Source of the DNA: Alphaproteobacteria bacterium
GTDB lineage: Bacteria; Pseudomonadota; Alphaproteobacteria; CADEGL01
Direction: 5' to 3'
DNA length: 64,000 nt
Assembly (NCBI GenBank): GCA_026400755.1
Contig: JAPLOM010000030.1
Location: forward strand, 7,145 to 71,144
Part shown: positions 48,049-59,693 of the stretch, piece after piece
Position numbering within the stretch: position 1 is the stretch's first letter
How the letters are laid out: the number at the start of each line of letters is the position of its first letter
The notes under the pieces: model-generated
What the model was told of the DNA's origin: nothing
What the model saw: only the letters and a program-made list of their open reading frames with translations
Databases searched by the model: none
Position numbers and translations under genes: made by a program

Positions 48049-49045
48049 GAAGGCGGCGCAGGTGGACAAAAATACGCCGCTCCTGTCGGTGCGTGAGCTG
48101 CTGGTGCGGTTCAAGCTGGGTGATGGTCTCGCCGCCGCGCTGTCCAGGGGGCCTTCCTATCTCAAGGCTGTCGATGAGGTCAGCTTCGACGTTGGCCGCG
48201 GCGAGGTGCTGGGGCTGGTCGGCGAGTCCGGCAGCGGCAAGACCACGATTGGCAAGGCGATCCTGCGGCTTTACGAGCCGCAGAGCGGATCCATCGTCGT
48301 CAACGGCGTCGACATCACGCGCATGGGCGACCGGGCGCTGAAGCATTACCGGCGCGATCTGCAGATGGTGTTCCAGGACCCGCTGTCCTCGCTCAATCCG
48401 CGTCACACCGTGCGGACCTCGCTGCGCACGCCGCTGTTGCTCCATAAGATTTGTCCGTCGTCCGAGGTCGAGCAGCGGATCGACGAGGCGCTGACCCGCG
48501 CTGGCCTGTCGCCGGTCTTCAAGCCGCGCTATCCGCATGAGTTATCGGGCGGCCAGTTGCAACGCGTGGCCATCGCGCGCGCGTTGACCATGTCGCCCGG
48601 TTTGGTGGTGGCGGATGAGCCCGTCTCCAAGCTCGATGTCTCCGTCCGCGCGCAGATCCTGAACCTGTTCAAGGACCTGCAGGCGAAATTCGGCATCTCC
48701 ATCATCTTCATCACCCATGATCTGCGCGTGGCGCGCTATCTGTGCCACCGGATCGGCGTGATGTATTTCGGCAAGCTGGTCGAGATCGCGTCGGTTGAGG
48801 AATTGTTCACCGCGCCCAAGCATCCCTACACCAAGGCACTTCTCGGCACTCTGGGCGCGGAGGGCGAAAACCTCGATGGCGCGCAGGTGGCGGGCGAAGC
48901 CTTCAATCCGGCGGCCGACACCACCGGCTGCCGCTACTACGCGCGCTGTCCCATGCGCGTCGATCATTGCAAGACGGCGCATCCGCCGACGGAAACGATC
49001 AAGCCCGGCCACGACATCGCCTGCTACGAGTGGCGCCGGAGCTGA
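48041..49045 (+). CDS. ABC ATPase, DppF-like
   Basis: GESGSGKTT, FQDPLSSLNPR, YPHELSGGQ, ADEPVSKLD, HPYTKAL. Confidence 0.92.
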   Translation: MVEKAAQVDKNTPLLSVRELLVRFKLGDGLAAALSRGPSYLKAVDEVSFDVGRGEVLGLVGESGSGKTTIGKAILRLYEPQSGSIVVNGVDITRMGDRALKHYRRDLQMVFQDPLSSLNPRHTVRTSLRTPLLLHKICPSSEVEQRIDEALTRAGLSPVFKPRYPHELSGGQLQRVAIARALTMSPGLVVADEPVSKLDVSVRAQILNLFKDLQAKFGISIIFITHDLRVARYLCHRIGVMYFGKLVEIASVEELFTAPKHPYTKALLGTLGAEGENLDGAQVAGEAFNPAADTTGCRYYARCPMRVDHCKTAHPPTETIKPGHDIACYEWRRS

Positions 49046-49803
49046 CGCAAACACCGGCGGCGCGCGATGCCGCGCTCGCCGGTCAACGTATCGTCCTCAT
49101 CGGCGCATCCACCGGAATCGGCTTTGCCACGGCCAAGGCGGCCCTCGCGGCCCGTGCCCGCGTCGTCATCGCCGGACGGTCCGTTGAACGGCTGGACAGG
49201 GCCTGGAACGCGCTGGAGCGTAAGGTCGAGGCCTTCCGCCTCGATGCGACCGAAGAGCACTCCATGGCGGCCTTCTTCGCGCGCATGGAATCGTTCGACC
49301 ATCTGGGCGTTTTCGTGCCGACGGCGCCCTCGGCCGCGGTGCGGGCCCAACTCGGCGCCTTCTTGGAAACGCCGCCTGAGGCCTTCGAAGCCGTCATCCG
49401 CAACAAATTCTGGCCCCAGCTTTATGCCGCGCGCCACGGCGCGCGGCGCATCGCGCCGGGCGGCTCGCTCCTGTTCGTGACCGGCCAGGCACACCGGAAA
49501 TCCCTACCCGGCTATGCGGCCAGCGCGACGGCCAACGGCGCGACGGAAGCGCTCGTGCGCACGTTGGCGGTCGAATTGGCGCCGGTGCGGGTCAACGCGA
49601 TCGCGCCGGGCCTGGTCGAGAGCAATATCCTGCGAACGGCACCCGAAGCCTTCCGCCGCGCCGCGTCGGAGAAGGTCGCCCGCCATCCCGTGCCGCGCAT
49701 GGGCACGACCGAGGAGACGGCGGCGGGAATCCTGATGCTGATGGTCAATCGCTTCGCGACCGGCACCGTGCTTGAATTGGACGGCGGAATGAAGCTCACT
49801 TGA
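49030..49803 (+). CDS. Atypical SDR oxidoreductase
   Basis: IGASTGIG, ELAPVRVNAIAPG, LELDGG; Tyr present but YxxxK Lys absent. Start uncertain. Confidence 0.8.
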   Translation: MAPELTQTPAARDAALAGQRIVLIGASTGIGFATAKAALAARARVVIAGRSVERLDRAWNALERKVEAFRLDATEEHSMAAFFARMESFDHLGVFVPTAPSAAVRAQLGAFLETPPEAFEAVIRNKFWPQLYAARHGARRIAPGGSLLFVTGQAHRKSLPGYAASATANGATEALVRTLAVELAPVRVNAIAPGLVESNILRTAPEAFRRAASEKVARHPVPRMGTTEETAAGILMLMVNRFATGTVLELDGGMKLT

Positions 49804-49831
49804 GCCGTCCGTGAAACGGGGAGGGTGGTTC

Positions 49832-50497
49832 ATGCGCCGTTCATTGCCGTCATTCGCGCGGCTCGCGCTTCTTGCGCTGGTTTTAGCGGCAGCGCCCGCA
49901 ACCGCCCAGACGCCGCCCGTCGTCGTTTCGTTCAATGACATGACGGTTGGCCAAGCCCCGCTGGGTTTCACGACGGGCCTGGGCGGAACGGGGGCTTCGT
50001 CCGTCTGGCGTATCGAGGACGATCCGCGCGCGCCGCGGGGCAAGGTGCTGATGCAGAAAAGCACCGACAGCAGCAGCATGCGCTATCCGATCTGCATCTA
50101 TGACGGCATTCGCACGTTCAACGCGGACGTGACCGTCTCCTTCAACATCGTCTCGGGCAAGATTGCCCAGGTTGCCGGGATCGCGCTGCGCGCCACCGAC
50201 GAAGGAAACTATTACCTCGCGCGCGCCAGCGCGAAGGACAATGCCGTCACCTTGTCCCGCTTCGTCGGCGGCAGCGGCTCGGATCTGACCTCGGCCTCGG
50301 TCAAGGTGCCGCCGGGAACATGGCAAACGCTGCGTTTCAAGATCGACCGCGACCGGCTGACGGTCTATCTCAACGGCCAACAGGTCATCGATTGGTCGGA
50401 CAGCCGTCACACGCGCGAAGGCCGTGTCGGTCTGTGGACGCGTGTGGACAGCGTCACCATGTTTGACGACCTATCGATCATTGTCGGACGCGACTAG
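49832..50497 (+). CDS. Secreted ConA/LamG-like beta-sandwich protein (DUF1080-like)
   Basis: Signal peptide ending ATA; GIALR...NYY, WQTLRF, VYLNG, GRVGLWT, FDDL. Confidence 0.6.
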   Translation: MRRSLPSFARLALLALVLAAAPATAQTPPVVVSFNDMTVGQAPLGFTTGLGGTGASSVWRIEDDPRAPRGKVLMQKSTDSSSMRYPICIYDGIRTFNADVTVSFNIVSGKIAQVAGIALRATDEGNYYLARASAKDNAVTLSRFVGGSGSDLTSASVKVPPGTWQTLRFKIDRDRLTVYLNGQQVIDWSDSRHTREGRVGLWTRVDSVTMFDDLSIIVGRD

Positions 50498-50508
50498 CGG
50501 GTTCCGCG

Positions 50509-51244
50509 ATGTCTCTGGCCGGGCATCGCATCGTTTTGATCGGCGGATCGTCGGGGATCGGTCTGGCGACCGCCAAGGCCGCGGTCGCGCGCGGCGCGTC
50601 GGTCGTCGTCGCGGGCCGGTCGGCCGAACGGCTGGAAAGCGCCTGTCATGAAATCGGCGCACGGGTCGAAATCCATTCTCTCGACGCAACGCAGGAAGCA
50701 TCCGTCGAAGCGTTCTTCACGTCGGTGGGCGCCCACGACCATGTCGCCGTCCTGGTTCCGACCGTGCCCGACGCGGAAGCGCGCAAAAGCGTGCGCGGCT
50801 TCGCCGATACGCCGCAGCAGACGATGGAAATCGTCATACGCCATAAGTTCTGGCGCCCGGTCTATTGCGCGCGCCATGCGCGGCGTCATCTGCGCCCCGG
50901 CGGCTCCATCGTTTTCATCACCGGCCAGGCGCATCGCAAAAGTCTGCCCAATTACCCTCTGGTGGCCGCCGCCGACGCGGCGGTCGAAGCCTTGGCGCGC
51001 GAGTTGGCGCGGGAGTTCGCGCCGCTGCGGGTCAACGTGGTGGCGCCTGGCCTGATCGAGACCCCCTTGATCCGCGCCCTGCCCACCGGCCATCGCGACG
51101 CATTGGAAGCGCTGGTCGGCCCCCCAGCCAGTGCCGCGCATGGGTACGGTCGAGGAGATCGCGGACGCGATCCTGTGGATCATGGGCAACGGCTTCGCGA
51201 CGGGAACCGTGCTCGAAGTGGATGGCGGGTATAAGCTGACCTAG
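50509..51244 (+). pseudogene. Atypical SDR paralog of 49030..49803 with an extra C at the C6 run 51120-51125
   Basis: Removing one C restores QPVPRMGTVEEIADAIL...TVLEVDGGYKLT*, colinear with the paralog. Likely a homopolymer error. Confidence 0.75.
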
Positions 51245-51260
51245 ACGGCGGGAGGGGTGC

Positions 51261-53633
51261 ATGACCTATCTTGGACAATCCATTCGGCGGCGCGAAGACC
51301 CCCGTTTCCTGACCGGGCGCGGGCGCTATGTCGACGACGTCCCGGCGGTGCACGCCGCCCATGCGGCCTTTGTGCGCAGCCCCCACGCCCACGCGCGGAT
51401 CCGCGGCATCCAAACCGCCAAGGCGCGCAAACTTCCGGGCGCCCTCGCCATCGTGACCGCAGCGGATTGGTACGACGCGGGCCGGGGCGATTTTCCCCTG
51501 TGGGCGCGCATTCCCTCCATCGACCAGGTGGAACGCAGCCAGTTCGCGCGGCCTGTCCTCTGCAAGGACGAGGTTTGCTTCGTGGGCGACCCCGTCGCCA
51601 TGGTGGTCGCGGAAACACTCGCCCAGGCGTTGGACGCAGCGGAGGCGGTCACGGTTGACTACGACCCACTGCCGTCCATCACGGAAACGGCGCGCTCGCT
51701 CGACCGCGATGCGGTCATCGCGCATGCCACGCTGGACACGAATCTCTGTTTCATCTCGGAGGTGGGCAAGCGCGCCGAGACGGAGGTGGCCTTTGCTCGC
51801 GCCGCGCACGTCACCGAACTGGCTTTGGTGAACACCCGCATCACCGCGAATTCGCTCGAGCCCCGTACCCTGTTGGGGCTCTACGACGACACGGAGGACC
51901 GCTACACGCTGTGGGCCTCGCACCAGGCGCCGCATCTGCTGCGCCTGTCGCTGGCCGAGAACTCGTTGCGTCATCCGGAGCACAAGATCCGCGTCGTGGC
52001 GCCCGATGTCGGCGGTGGCTTCGGCATGAAGCTGCCGGATTATTCCGAGGAACCGCTGGTTCTATGGGGCTCCAAGCTGACAGGTCGGCCCGTGCGCTGG
52101 ACCGCGACGCGTTCGGAGGGAATCCTGACCGACGCGGGCGCGCGGGACCATTTCACCCGCGCCAAGCTGGCGCTCGACCGCGACGGTCGTTTCCTGGGGC
52201 TGGACGTCGACACGATTGCCTGCCTCGGCGCCTATCTGACCCATCGCGGCGCCAGCATCCCGGCATTCTTCTATGGCGGCGTCTTTGGCGGTCTCTACAC
52301 GACACCGGCGATCGTCTGCCGCGTGCGCGGCGTCTATACCAACTCGCCGCCCGTCCACGCCTATCGCGGCGCGGGGCGGCCGGAGGCGGCCTATGTGCTG
52401 GAGCGGCTGATCGACAACGCCGCGCACGAGATGGGATTGGAGGCGGCGGAGATTCGCGCTCGAAACCTGATCCCGCGCGAACGCTTCCCGTACCTTAGTC
52501 CCACCGGCCTGAACTACGATTCGGGCGATCCGCCGGCACTCCTCGCGACCCTTCGCGCGCTCGTGGGCTACGATGCGCTGCGGGCGGAGCAGCGCGAACT
52601 GCGCGCGCGTGGCATTCTGATGGGCATGGGCTTTTGCGGCGTGGCGGACGCCATCGGCGCGCCCAGCAAGACGACCGCCGCGATCTACGAGCGGTGCAGC
52701 GGCCACGATTCGGCCACCGTGCGCATCCACCCGACCGGCAAGGCCACGGTGTTTTCCGGTGCCCATTCGCACGGCCAAGCCCATGCCACCACCTTCGCCC
52801 AGATCGCGGCCTCGCGCCTGGGCGTACCGTTCGAGGATGTCGAGATCGTCGAGGGCGATACGGATCGGGTGGCATTTGGGCACGGCACCTACGCCTCGCG
52901 CTCCACGGTCACGACCGGCATGGCCGTGGTGAAGGGAGCCGACCGCATCGTCGAGAAGTGCAAGAAGATCGCGGCCTTTCGCCTGGAATGCGCGGAAGAG
53001 GATATCGCGCGCGACGGGTCCGACTTCGTCATCCCGGGCACCGACCGTCGCATCACCTTCCGCGAGGTGGTGCGCGAAGCCTATCAGGGTGATCGCTCGC
53101 CGCCCGGCCTCGATCCGGGGCTTGAGGAGGTCGTCTATTTCGATCCCACGGCCACCACCTGCGCCACGGGTCTGCATTTGGCGGTCGTGCTGGTGGACGC
53201 GGAAACCGGGCGCGTGACCTTGCGCGATTACGCTGTTGTCGACGATTGCGGCTCGATCATCAATCCGATGGTCGTCGAGGGCCAGATCCATGGCGGGCTG
53301 GTTCAGGGGATCGGCCAAGCGCTGATGGAACACCTGGCCTTCGATCATGAGACAGGGCAGGTGCTGGCGGGCAGCTTCATGGACTACGCCATGCCGCGTG
53401 CGGACGACGTGCCGTCGTTCCGCTTGGACCGCATCGAGAATCCGAGTCCCACGAACGCGTTGGGGGTGAAGGGCGCGGGCGAATCGGGCACCATCGGTGC
53501 GCTCGGCGCGGTCGGCAACGCGGTGGTCGACGCCCTGTGGCACCTGGGCGTGCGGCATGTCGAATTGCCTTTTGCCCCGCAGCAGATCTGGCGCGCCATC
53601 CAACGGGCAAAAGACGGATCGACAGGAGGATGA
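51261..53633 (+). CDS. Xanthine dehydrogenase family molybdopterin-binding large subunit (CoxL form II-like)
   Basis: RREDPRFLTG, GGGFGMK, AYRGAGRPEA, SHGQ, EGQIHGG, KGAGE. Confidence 0.9.
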   Translation: MTYLGQSIRRREDPRFLTGRGRYVDDVPAVHAAHAAFVRSPHAHARIRGIQTAKARKLPGALAIVTAADWYDAGRGDFPLWARIPSIDQVERSQFARPVLCKDEVCFVGDPVAMVVAETLAQALDAAEAVTVDYDPLPSITETARSLDRDAVIAHATLDTNLCFISEVGKRAETEVAFARAAHVTELALVNTRITANSLEPRTLLGLYDDTEDRYTLWASHQAPHLLRLSLAENSLRHPEHKIRVVAPDVGGGFGMKLPDYSEEPLVLWGSKLTGRPVRWTATRSEGILTDAGARDHFTRAKLALDRDGRFLGLDVDTIACLGAYLTHRGASIPAFFYGGVFGGLYTTPAIVCRVRGVYTNSPPVHAYRGAGRPEAAYVLERLIDNAAHEMGLEAAEIRARNLIPRERFPYLSPTGLNYDSGDPPALLATLRALVGYDALRAEQRELRARGILMGMGFCGVADAIGAPSKTTAAIYERCSGHDSATVRIHPTGKATVFSGAHSHGQAHATTFAQIAASRLGVPFEDVEIVEGDTDRVAFGHGTYASRSTVTTGMAVVKGADRIVEKCKKIAAFRLECAEEDIARDGSDFVIPGTDRRITFREVVREAYQGDRSPPGLDPGLEEVVYFDPTATTCATGLHLAVVLVDAETGRVTLRDYAVVDDCGSIINPMVVEGQIHGGLVQGIGQALMEHLAFDHETGQVLAGSFMDYAMPRADDVPSFRLDRIENPSPTNALGVKGAGESGTIGALGAVGNAVVDALWHLGVRHVELPFAPQQIWRAIQRAKDGSTGG

Positions 53634-53634
53634 G

Positions 53635-54474
53635 ATGAGGATGGTTCGTTCGCGCGGCGGCTGTGCGATGCCGGCGCTCGGTCTCGGCACCTGGAAGATG
53701 GGCGAGGATCGCAACCATCGGAAGGCCGAGGTCGAGGCGCTCCAGTTGGGCGTCGATCTGGGCATGACGCTGATCGACACGGCCGAGCTCTACGCCTCTG
53801 GCGGTGCCGAGGAGGTGGTGGGCGAAGCGATCCGTGGACGCCGGGACGGCCTCTTCATCGTCAGCAAGGTGCATCCGACCAACGCGACCTTCGATGGAAC
53901 GATCCGCGCGGCGGAAGCCAGCCTGCGCCGGTTGGGCACCGACCGCATGGACCTTTATCTGCTGCACAACAAGAACGGTCCCTATCCGCTCGAGGGTACC
54001 CTCGAGGCCCTCGACCGGCTGAAGCGGGACGGCAAGATCCTCCATTACGGGCTTAGCAACTTCGACGAGCCGGCGATGGAGAAGGTGGAAGCGATGACTC
54101 ACGGTGCGGATATCGCGGCCAACCAGCTTCGCTACAGCCTGGCGCGGCGGGCGCTCGACAACGGGCTGCTCGATTGGCACGCCAAGCGCGATATCGCGGT
54201 CATGGGCTACACCCCGCTGGAGGAAGGCTTCCTGCGGCCCAAGCCCGGCCTGGCCCAGGTGGCGGCGCGCCACAACGTCTCGCCCATGTGCATCGCGCTG
54301 GCCTGGACCTTGCGCCATCCTTCCGTCGTCTCGATCCCAAAGGCCACGAATCCCGGCCATGTGCGCGACAATGCGCGCGCCATCGACATCAAGCTGACCG
54401 GCGAGGATCTGGCCGCGCTCGACAGCGACTATCCCAAACCGCCGGCGGGTACCTTCGACGTCTGGGGAACCTGA
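53635..54474 (+). CDS. Aldo/keto reductase
   Basis: LGLGTW, IDTAELY, FIVSKV, DLYLLH, IPKA. Confidence 0.9.
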   Translation: MRMVRSRGGCAMPALGLGTWKMGEDRNHRKAEVEALQLGVDLGMTLIDTAELYASGGAEEVVGEAIRGRRDGLFIVSKVHPTNATFDGTIRAAEASLRRLGTDRMDLYLLHNKNGPYPLEGTLEALDRLKRDGKILHYGLSNFDEPAMEKVEAMTHGADIAANQLRYSLARRALDNGLLDWHAKRDIAVMGYTPLEEGFLRPKPGLAQVAARHNVSPMCIALAWTLRHPSVVSIPKATNPGHVRDNARAIDIKLTGEDLAALDSDYPKPPAGTFDVWGT

Positions 54475-54487
54475 GCGCCGAAAAAGA

Positions 54488-54514
54488 AAGGGCCGGCCCA
54501 TGTGGCCGGCCCTT
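54488..54514 (-). terminator. Terminator for the HtrA-family protease gene
   Basis: AAGGGCCGGCC-N5-GGCCGGCCCTT, with the A-run at 54481-54489 giving a U-tract on the minus strand. Confidence 0.75.
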
Positions 54515-54535
54515 CCATTCAGAGATGCGTTGTCT

Positions 54536-55918
54536 TTACTGAACGATCAGCACCATCCGCGAATCGCCGCGGATGAGGTTGAGCGCGATGGGGCCTTGGG
54601 CGGTCGCGCGAACCGAGCGGGTGAACCCGTCGATCGTCGTGACCGGCTCCCGGTTCACCGCGGTCACGATGTCGCCCGGGCGCAGGCCCGCCTGCCAGGC
54701 CGCGCTGTCGCGGTCCACGGTCGCGACCTCGATGCCGCGCAGACGCTGCGGTTGCGTGCTGCTGGGCTGCACGGCGTTGAAGGTGGCGCCGGCCAAGCGG
54801 GGCGTGATCTCGCTCGCCCGCGCCGCGGTCTGCGGTTCCTTCTTGGCCACTTGGACGGTCAGATTTTTGAGCGACTTGTCGCGCGAGACGGCCAGTTCGA
54901 CTTTGTCGCCCACGCGCAGAAGTCCGATCCGGTTGCGCAGATCGGCGCCGCTCTTGACCGTGCGGCCGGCGATGCTGGTCACCACGTCGCCTTCCTTCAG
55001 GCCGGCCTTATCGGCGGGCGAGCCGGGTTCGACGCGGGTCACGAGCGCGCCCTGGGTTTTATCCAACTTGAGAGCGAGCGCGATGTCGGGCGTCAAATCC
55101 TGGACCGATACGCCGATGCGGCCGCGGCGAACCTCGCCGTACTGCACGATGTGATCGGTCACCGCCCGCGCCATGTCGATCGGCACCGCGAAGCCGATGC
55201 CGATGTTGCCGCCGGCCGGCCCTAGGATCGCCGTGTTGATGCCGATCAACTCGCCTTTCATGTTGACGAGCGCGCCGCCTGAGTTGCCGGGATTGATCGA
55301 CGCGTCGGTCTGGATGAAGTCTTCGTAGCCTTCGATGCCGAGGCCGCTGCGGCCCAGGGCGCTGACGATGCCCATGGTGACCGTCTGGCCTAGGCCGAAG
55401 GGATTGCCGACCGCGACGACGAAGTCGCCGACCTCCAGCTTTTCCGAATCGCCGAGCGGGATCTGGGTCAGGCTCTCGGCCGGCACCTGCAGCAGGGCGA
55501 TATCCGTCTCGGGATCGCCGCCGACCAGCTTGGCCTTGAGGACGCGCTGGTCCTTGAGGGTAACGTTAATCTCCACCGCGTTGTTGATGACGTGGTGGTT
55601 GGTCAGGATGTAGCCCTTCTTGGCGTCGATGATGACGCCTGAGCCCACGGACTGGGTCTGCTGCTCGCGCTGGGGCTGGCCGGGCAGGTTGAAGAAGCGG
55701 CGTAGGAACGGATCCTGGAACAGCGGATTTTCTTCGACTGGCGCCTTGGTCTTGACGGTGATGTTCACGACCGCCGGTGTCACTTCCTTGATCAGGGGGG
55801 CGATGGTGGTCATCTGCTGCCCGCCCATGGGGGCCTGGGGCAGGGACGGCGCCGCAACGGCGGGGGCCGCGAACGCGATCAACGCTACCGTGGCGATGGC
55901 GAGGCGTTTGATCCTCAA
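54536..55918 (-). CDS. degP: Do/DegQ (HtrA) serine endoprotease with two PDZ domains
   Basis: Signal peptide, TNHHV, TDIAL, INPGNSGG, two PDZ domains; TTG start after GGGAGA. Confidence 0.9.
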   Translation of the reverse strand: MRIKRLAIATVALIAFAAPAVAAPSLPQAPMGGQQMTTIAPLIKEVTPAVVNITVKTKAPVEENPLFQDPFLRRFFNLPGQPQREQQTQSVGSGVIIDAKKGYILTNHHVINNAVEINVTLKDQRVLKAKLVGGDPETDIALLQVPAESLTQIPLGDSEKLEVGDFVVAVGNPFGLGQTVTMGIVSALGRSGLGIEGYEDFIQTDASINPGNSGGALVNMKGELIGINTAILGPAGGNIGIGFAVPIDMARAVTDHIVQYGEVRRGRIGVSVQDLTPDIALALKLDKTQGALVTRVEPGSPADKAGLKEGDVVTSIAGRTVKSGADLRNRIGLLRVGDKVELAVSRDKSLKNLTVQVAKKEPQTAARASEITPRLAGATFNAVQPSSTQPQRLRGIEVATVDRDSAAWQAGLRPGDIVTAVNREPVTTIDGFTRSVRATAQGPIALNLIRGDSRMVLIVQ

Positions 55919-56156
55919 TGTCTGTCTCCCGGTAGGGGGTGGGCGCCGGGAAGGCGCGCCGAACCTCCGATTGGCTCCATTTTCACACAACGCTCGGGCC
56001 GCCCGAAGCAATAGGCGGGTCCGCTGTCGGGAGAAATATGGATTCGATTGTGACTTGGCCGTGGCCCGTTCGGGGAGTTCGTGCCGCAATTGGCCGAAAC
56101 CCATCTAACTCATTGAAGTAGATATAAAAGAAAACTCGGAACTTCTTTGCCGTTGC

Positions 56157-56186
56157 CTTGACTCATCACAGGCCCACCCGTACATA
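56157..56186 (+). promoter_or_regulatory. groESL promoter
   Basis: CTTGACT-N17-TACATA (sigma-70/sigma-32-like) overlapping the CIRCE left arm. Confidence 0.6.
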
Positions 56187-56210
56187 GCACTCTCATCAGG
56201 CGAGTGCTAA
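56184..56210. promoter_or_regulatory. CIRCE element (HrcA operator)
   Basis: ATAGCACTC-N9-GAGTGCTAA versus consensus TTAGCACTC-N9-GAGTGCTAA. Confidence 0.92.
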
Positions 56211-56268
56211 CAGGCGGCAGGGGCCGCCCTCGCTTCGAGTTCTTGGGAAAAATCAAAGAGGTAGGGAC

Positions 56269-56583
56269 ATGAAGTTCCGTCCATTGCATGACCGCGTCGT
56301 CGTTCGCCGCATCGAGCAGGATGACCGTACGAAGGGTGGCATCATCATTCCAGACACCGCGAAGGAAAAGCCGATGGAAGGCGAGATCATCGCCGTCGGT
56401 CCCGGTGGCCGTGACGAGAAGGGCAATCTGGTTCCGCCCGACGTGAAGAAGGGCGAGCGGATCCTGTTCGGCAAATGGTCCGGCAGCGAGGTCAAGATCG
56501 ACGGCGAAGAGCTGTTGATCATGAAGGAGTCGGACATCATGGGCGTCATCGAAGGCGCTGCGAAGGCCAAGAAGGCGGCCTAA
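56269..56583 (+). CDS. groES: Co-chaperonin GroES
   Basis: [36 protein letters not shown]. Confidence 0.98.
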   Translation: MKFRPLHDRVVVRRIEQDDRTKGGIIIPDTAKEKPMEGEIIAVGPGGRDEKGNLVPPDVKKGERILFGKWSGSEVKIDGEELLIMKESDIMGVIEGAAKAKKAA

Positions 56584-58242
<1,659 letters not shown>

Positions 58243-58296
58243 GCCGAAATCAAAACGGGTTGCTCCGCCCTTCGTGCGCGGGGCGGACAAGAGGAA

Positions 58297-58324
58297 GGGG
58301 CCGCGGGAAACCGCGGCCCTTTTC
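58297..58324 (+). terminator. Rho-independent terminator of groESL
   Basis: GGGCCGCGG-GAAA-CCGCGGCCC followed by TTTT. Confidence 0.85.
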
Positions 58325-58412
58325 GTTTAGTGCCTAAAAGATCTCCTTCGGCGCTTGCCTCGGGCTCGGTCCTCCCGGCATCATGACGGCTCGATCCGGG
58401 ATGGAGAGACCG

Positions 58413-59657
58413 ATGCGCGTGATTCCCGAGGACGTCTACAATCCGAAATCCTACGAGAAGGTCCGGCTGCCGCTCGACGACGCTGAGACGCTGCCCGCCT
58501 GGTGCTATACCTCCGAGGCGTTCTGGCGCGCCGAGGTCGACCGTATCTTCATGAAGGTCTGGAACTTCATGGGGCGCGTCGACCTGATCCCCAAGTCCGG
58601 TGACTATTACGCGGTCAACTTCGCGGGCGTGCCCGTGGTGATCCTGCGCGACGAGAAGGACGTGGTGCGCGCCTTCGCCAATACCTGCCGCCATCGCGGC
58701 GCGCGCATTGCCGACGGCAAGGGCAATACGCGTGCGTTCAAGTGCCCGTACCATGCGTGGGTTTACGGTCTCGACGGCCGCCTCAAGGGCGCGGCCGGCA
58801 TGGAGAGCACCAAGGGCTTCGACCGCGCGAATTACGGCCTGGTGCCGATCCGCCTGGAAACCTGGGGCGGCTACATCTTCATCAACTTCGACGAGAAGGC
58901 GGAAAGCCTAGCCAGCTATCTGGGCGATCTGCCCGAGCAGTTGGCCAGCTATAACTGCGAGGATCTGGTCACCACCCGGGTCACGGAATACGACCTTAAG
59001 TGCAACTGGAAGCTCTTCATCGAGAATGCGATGGAGGAGTACCACTTGCCCACCGTGCACAAGGCCTCGCTCCAGCTTCTGGAAATGAAGCACGGCATTG
59101 TTCCCGTTCAGGGCAATTGGGACGTGATTCGCGAAAAGCACGACGGCACGCGCGCGCTGCTCGATGAAGACTGCGAACACGGATTCGCGCGCATCAAGTC
59201 GCTGACGGGCCACCCCGCCGAGGGTACGCATTATGTCGTGCTGTATCCGTCCACCATGCTGGGCATGACGACGGATTGCGTGTGGTGGCTCGAGCTGCGG
59301 CCCGATGGTCCGCACAAGACCAAGCTGATCGTCGGCACCTCCTTCCCAAAAGAGACGGTGGCGCGCAACGATTTCGAGGAAAAGGTGCACTACTACTACA
59401 AGCGCTGGGACCGTTCGGTCGGCGAGGACAATGAGATTTCCGAAGTCCAGCACGAGGGCGTGAGCTCGCCCTTCGCGGTCTCGGGCCGCCTGTCGCACCT
59501 GGAGCCGCTAGTGCACCATATCGCCAATTGGGTCGCGGACCGGATCGTCGGCGGCGACACCTTCGAACGCCGCCACGATGCCGACAAGACCAGCGCCATC
59601 GCCCTCAGCCTGACCAAGTCGGGCGGGGGTGGACGCCGATCGGCCGCGGCGGAGTAA
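58413..59657 (+). CDS. Rieske non-heme iron oxygenase alpha subunit (choline/betaine/carnitine monooxygenase-like)
   Basis: CRHRG...CPYHAW Rieske ligands, EEYHLPTVH and EDNEI mononuclear Fe ligands. Confidence 0.9.
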   Translation: MRVIPEDVYNPKSYEKVRLPLDDAETLPAWCYTSEAFWRAEVDRIFMKVWNFMGRVDLIPKSGDYYAVNFAGVPVVILRDEKDVVRAFANTCRHRGARIADGKGNTRAFKCPYHAWVYGLDGRLKGAAGMESTKGFDRANYGLVPIRLETWGGYIFINFDEKAESLASYLGDLPEQLASYNCEDLVTTRVTEYDLKCNWKLFIENAMEEYHLPTVHKASLQLLEMKHGIVPVQGNWDVIREKHDGTRALLDEDCEHGFARIKSLTGHPAEGTHYVVLYPSTMLGMTTDCVWWLELRPDGPHKTKLIVGTSFPKETVARNDFEEKVHYYYKRWDRSVGEDNEISEVQHEGVSSPFAVSGRLSHLEPLVHHIANWVADRIVGGDTFERRHDADKTSAIALSLTKSGGGGRRSAAAE

Positions 59658-59693
59658 TATCGTCCGCCGTCACACGCTCAGGGGGAGACACCG

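Noticed and set aside
51261-53633. Aerobic CO dehydrogenase (form I CoxL)
   Set aside because: Has AYRGAGR rather than AYXCSFR and lacks coxMS and accessory genes.
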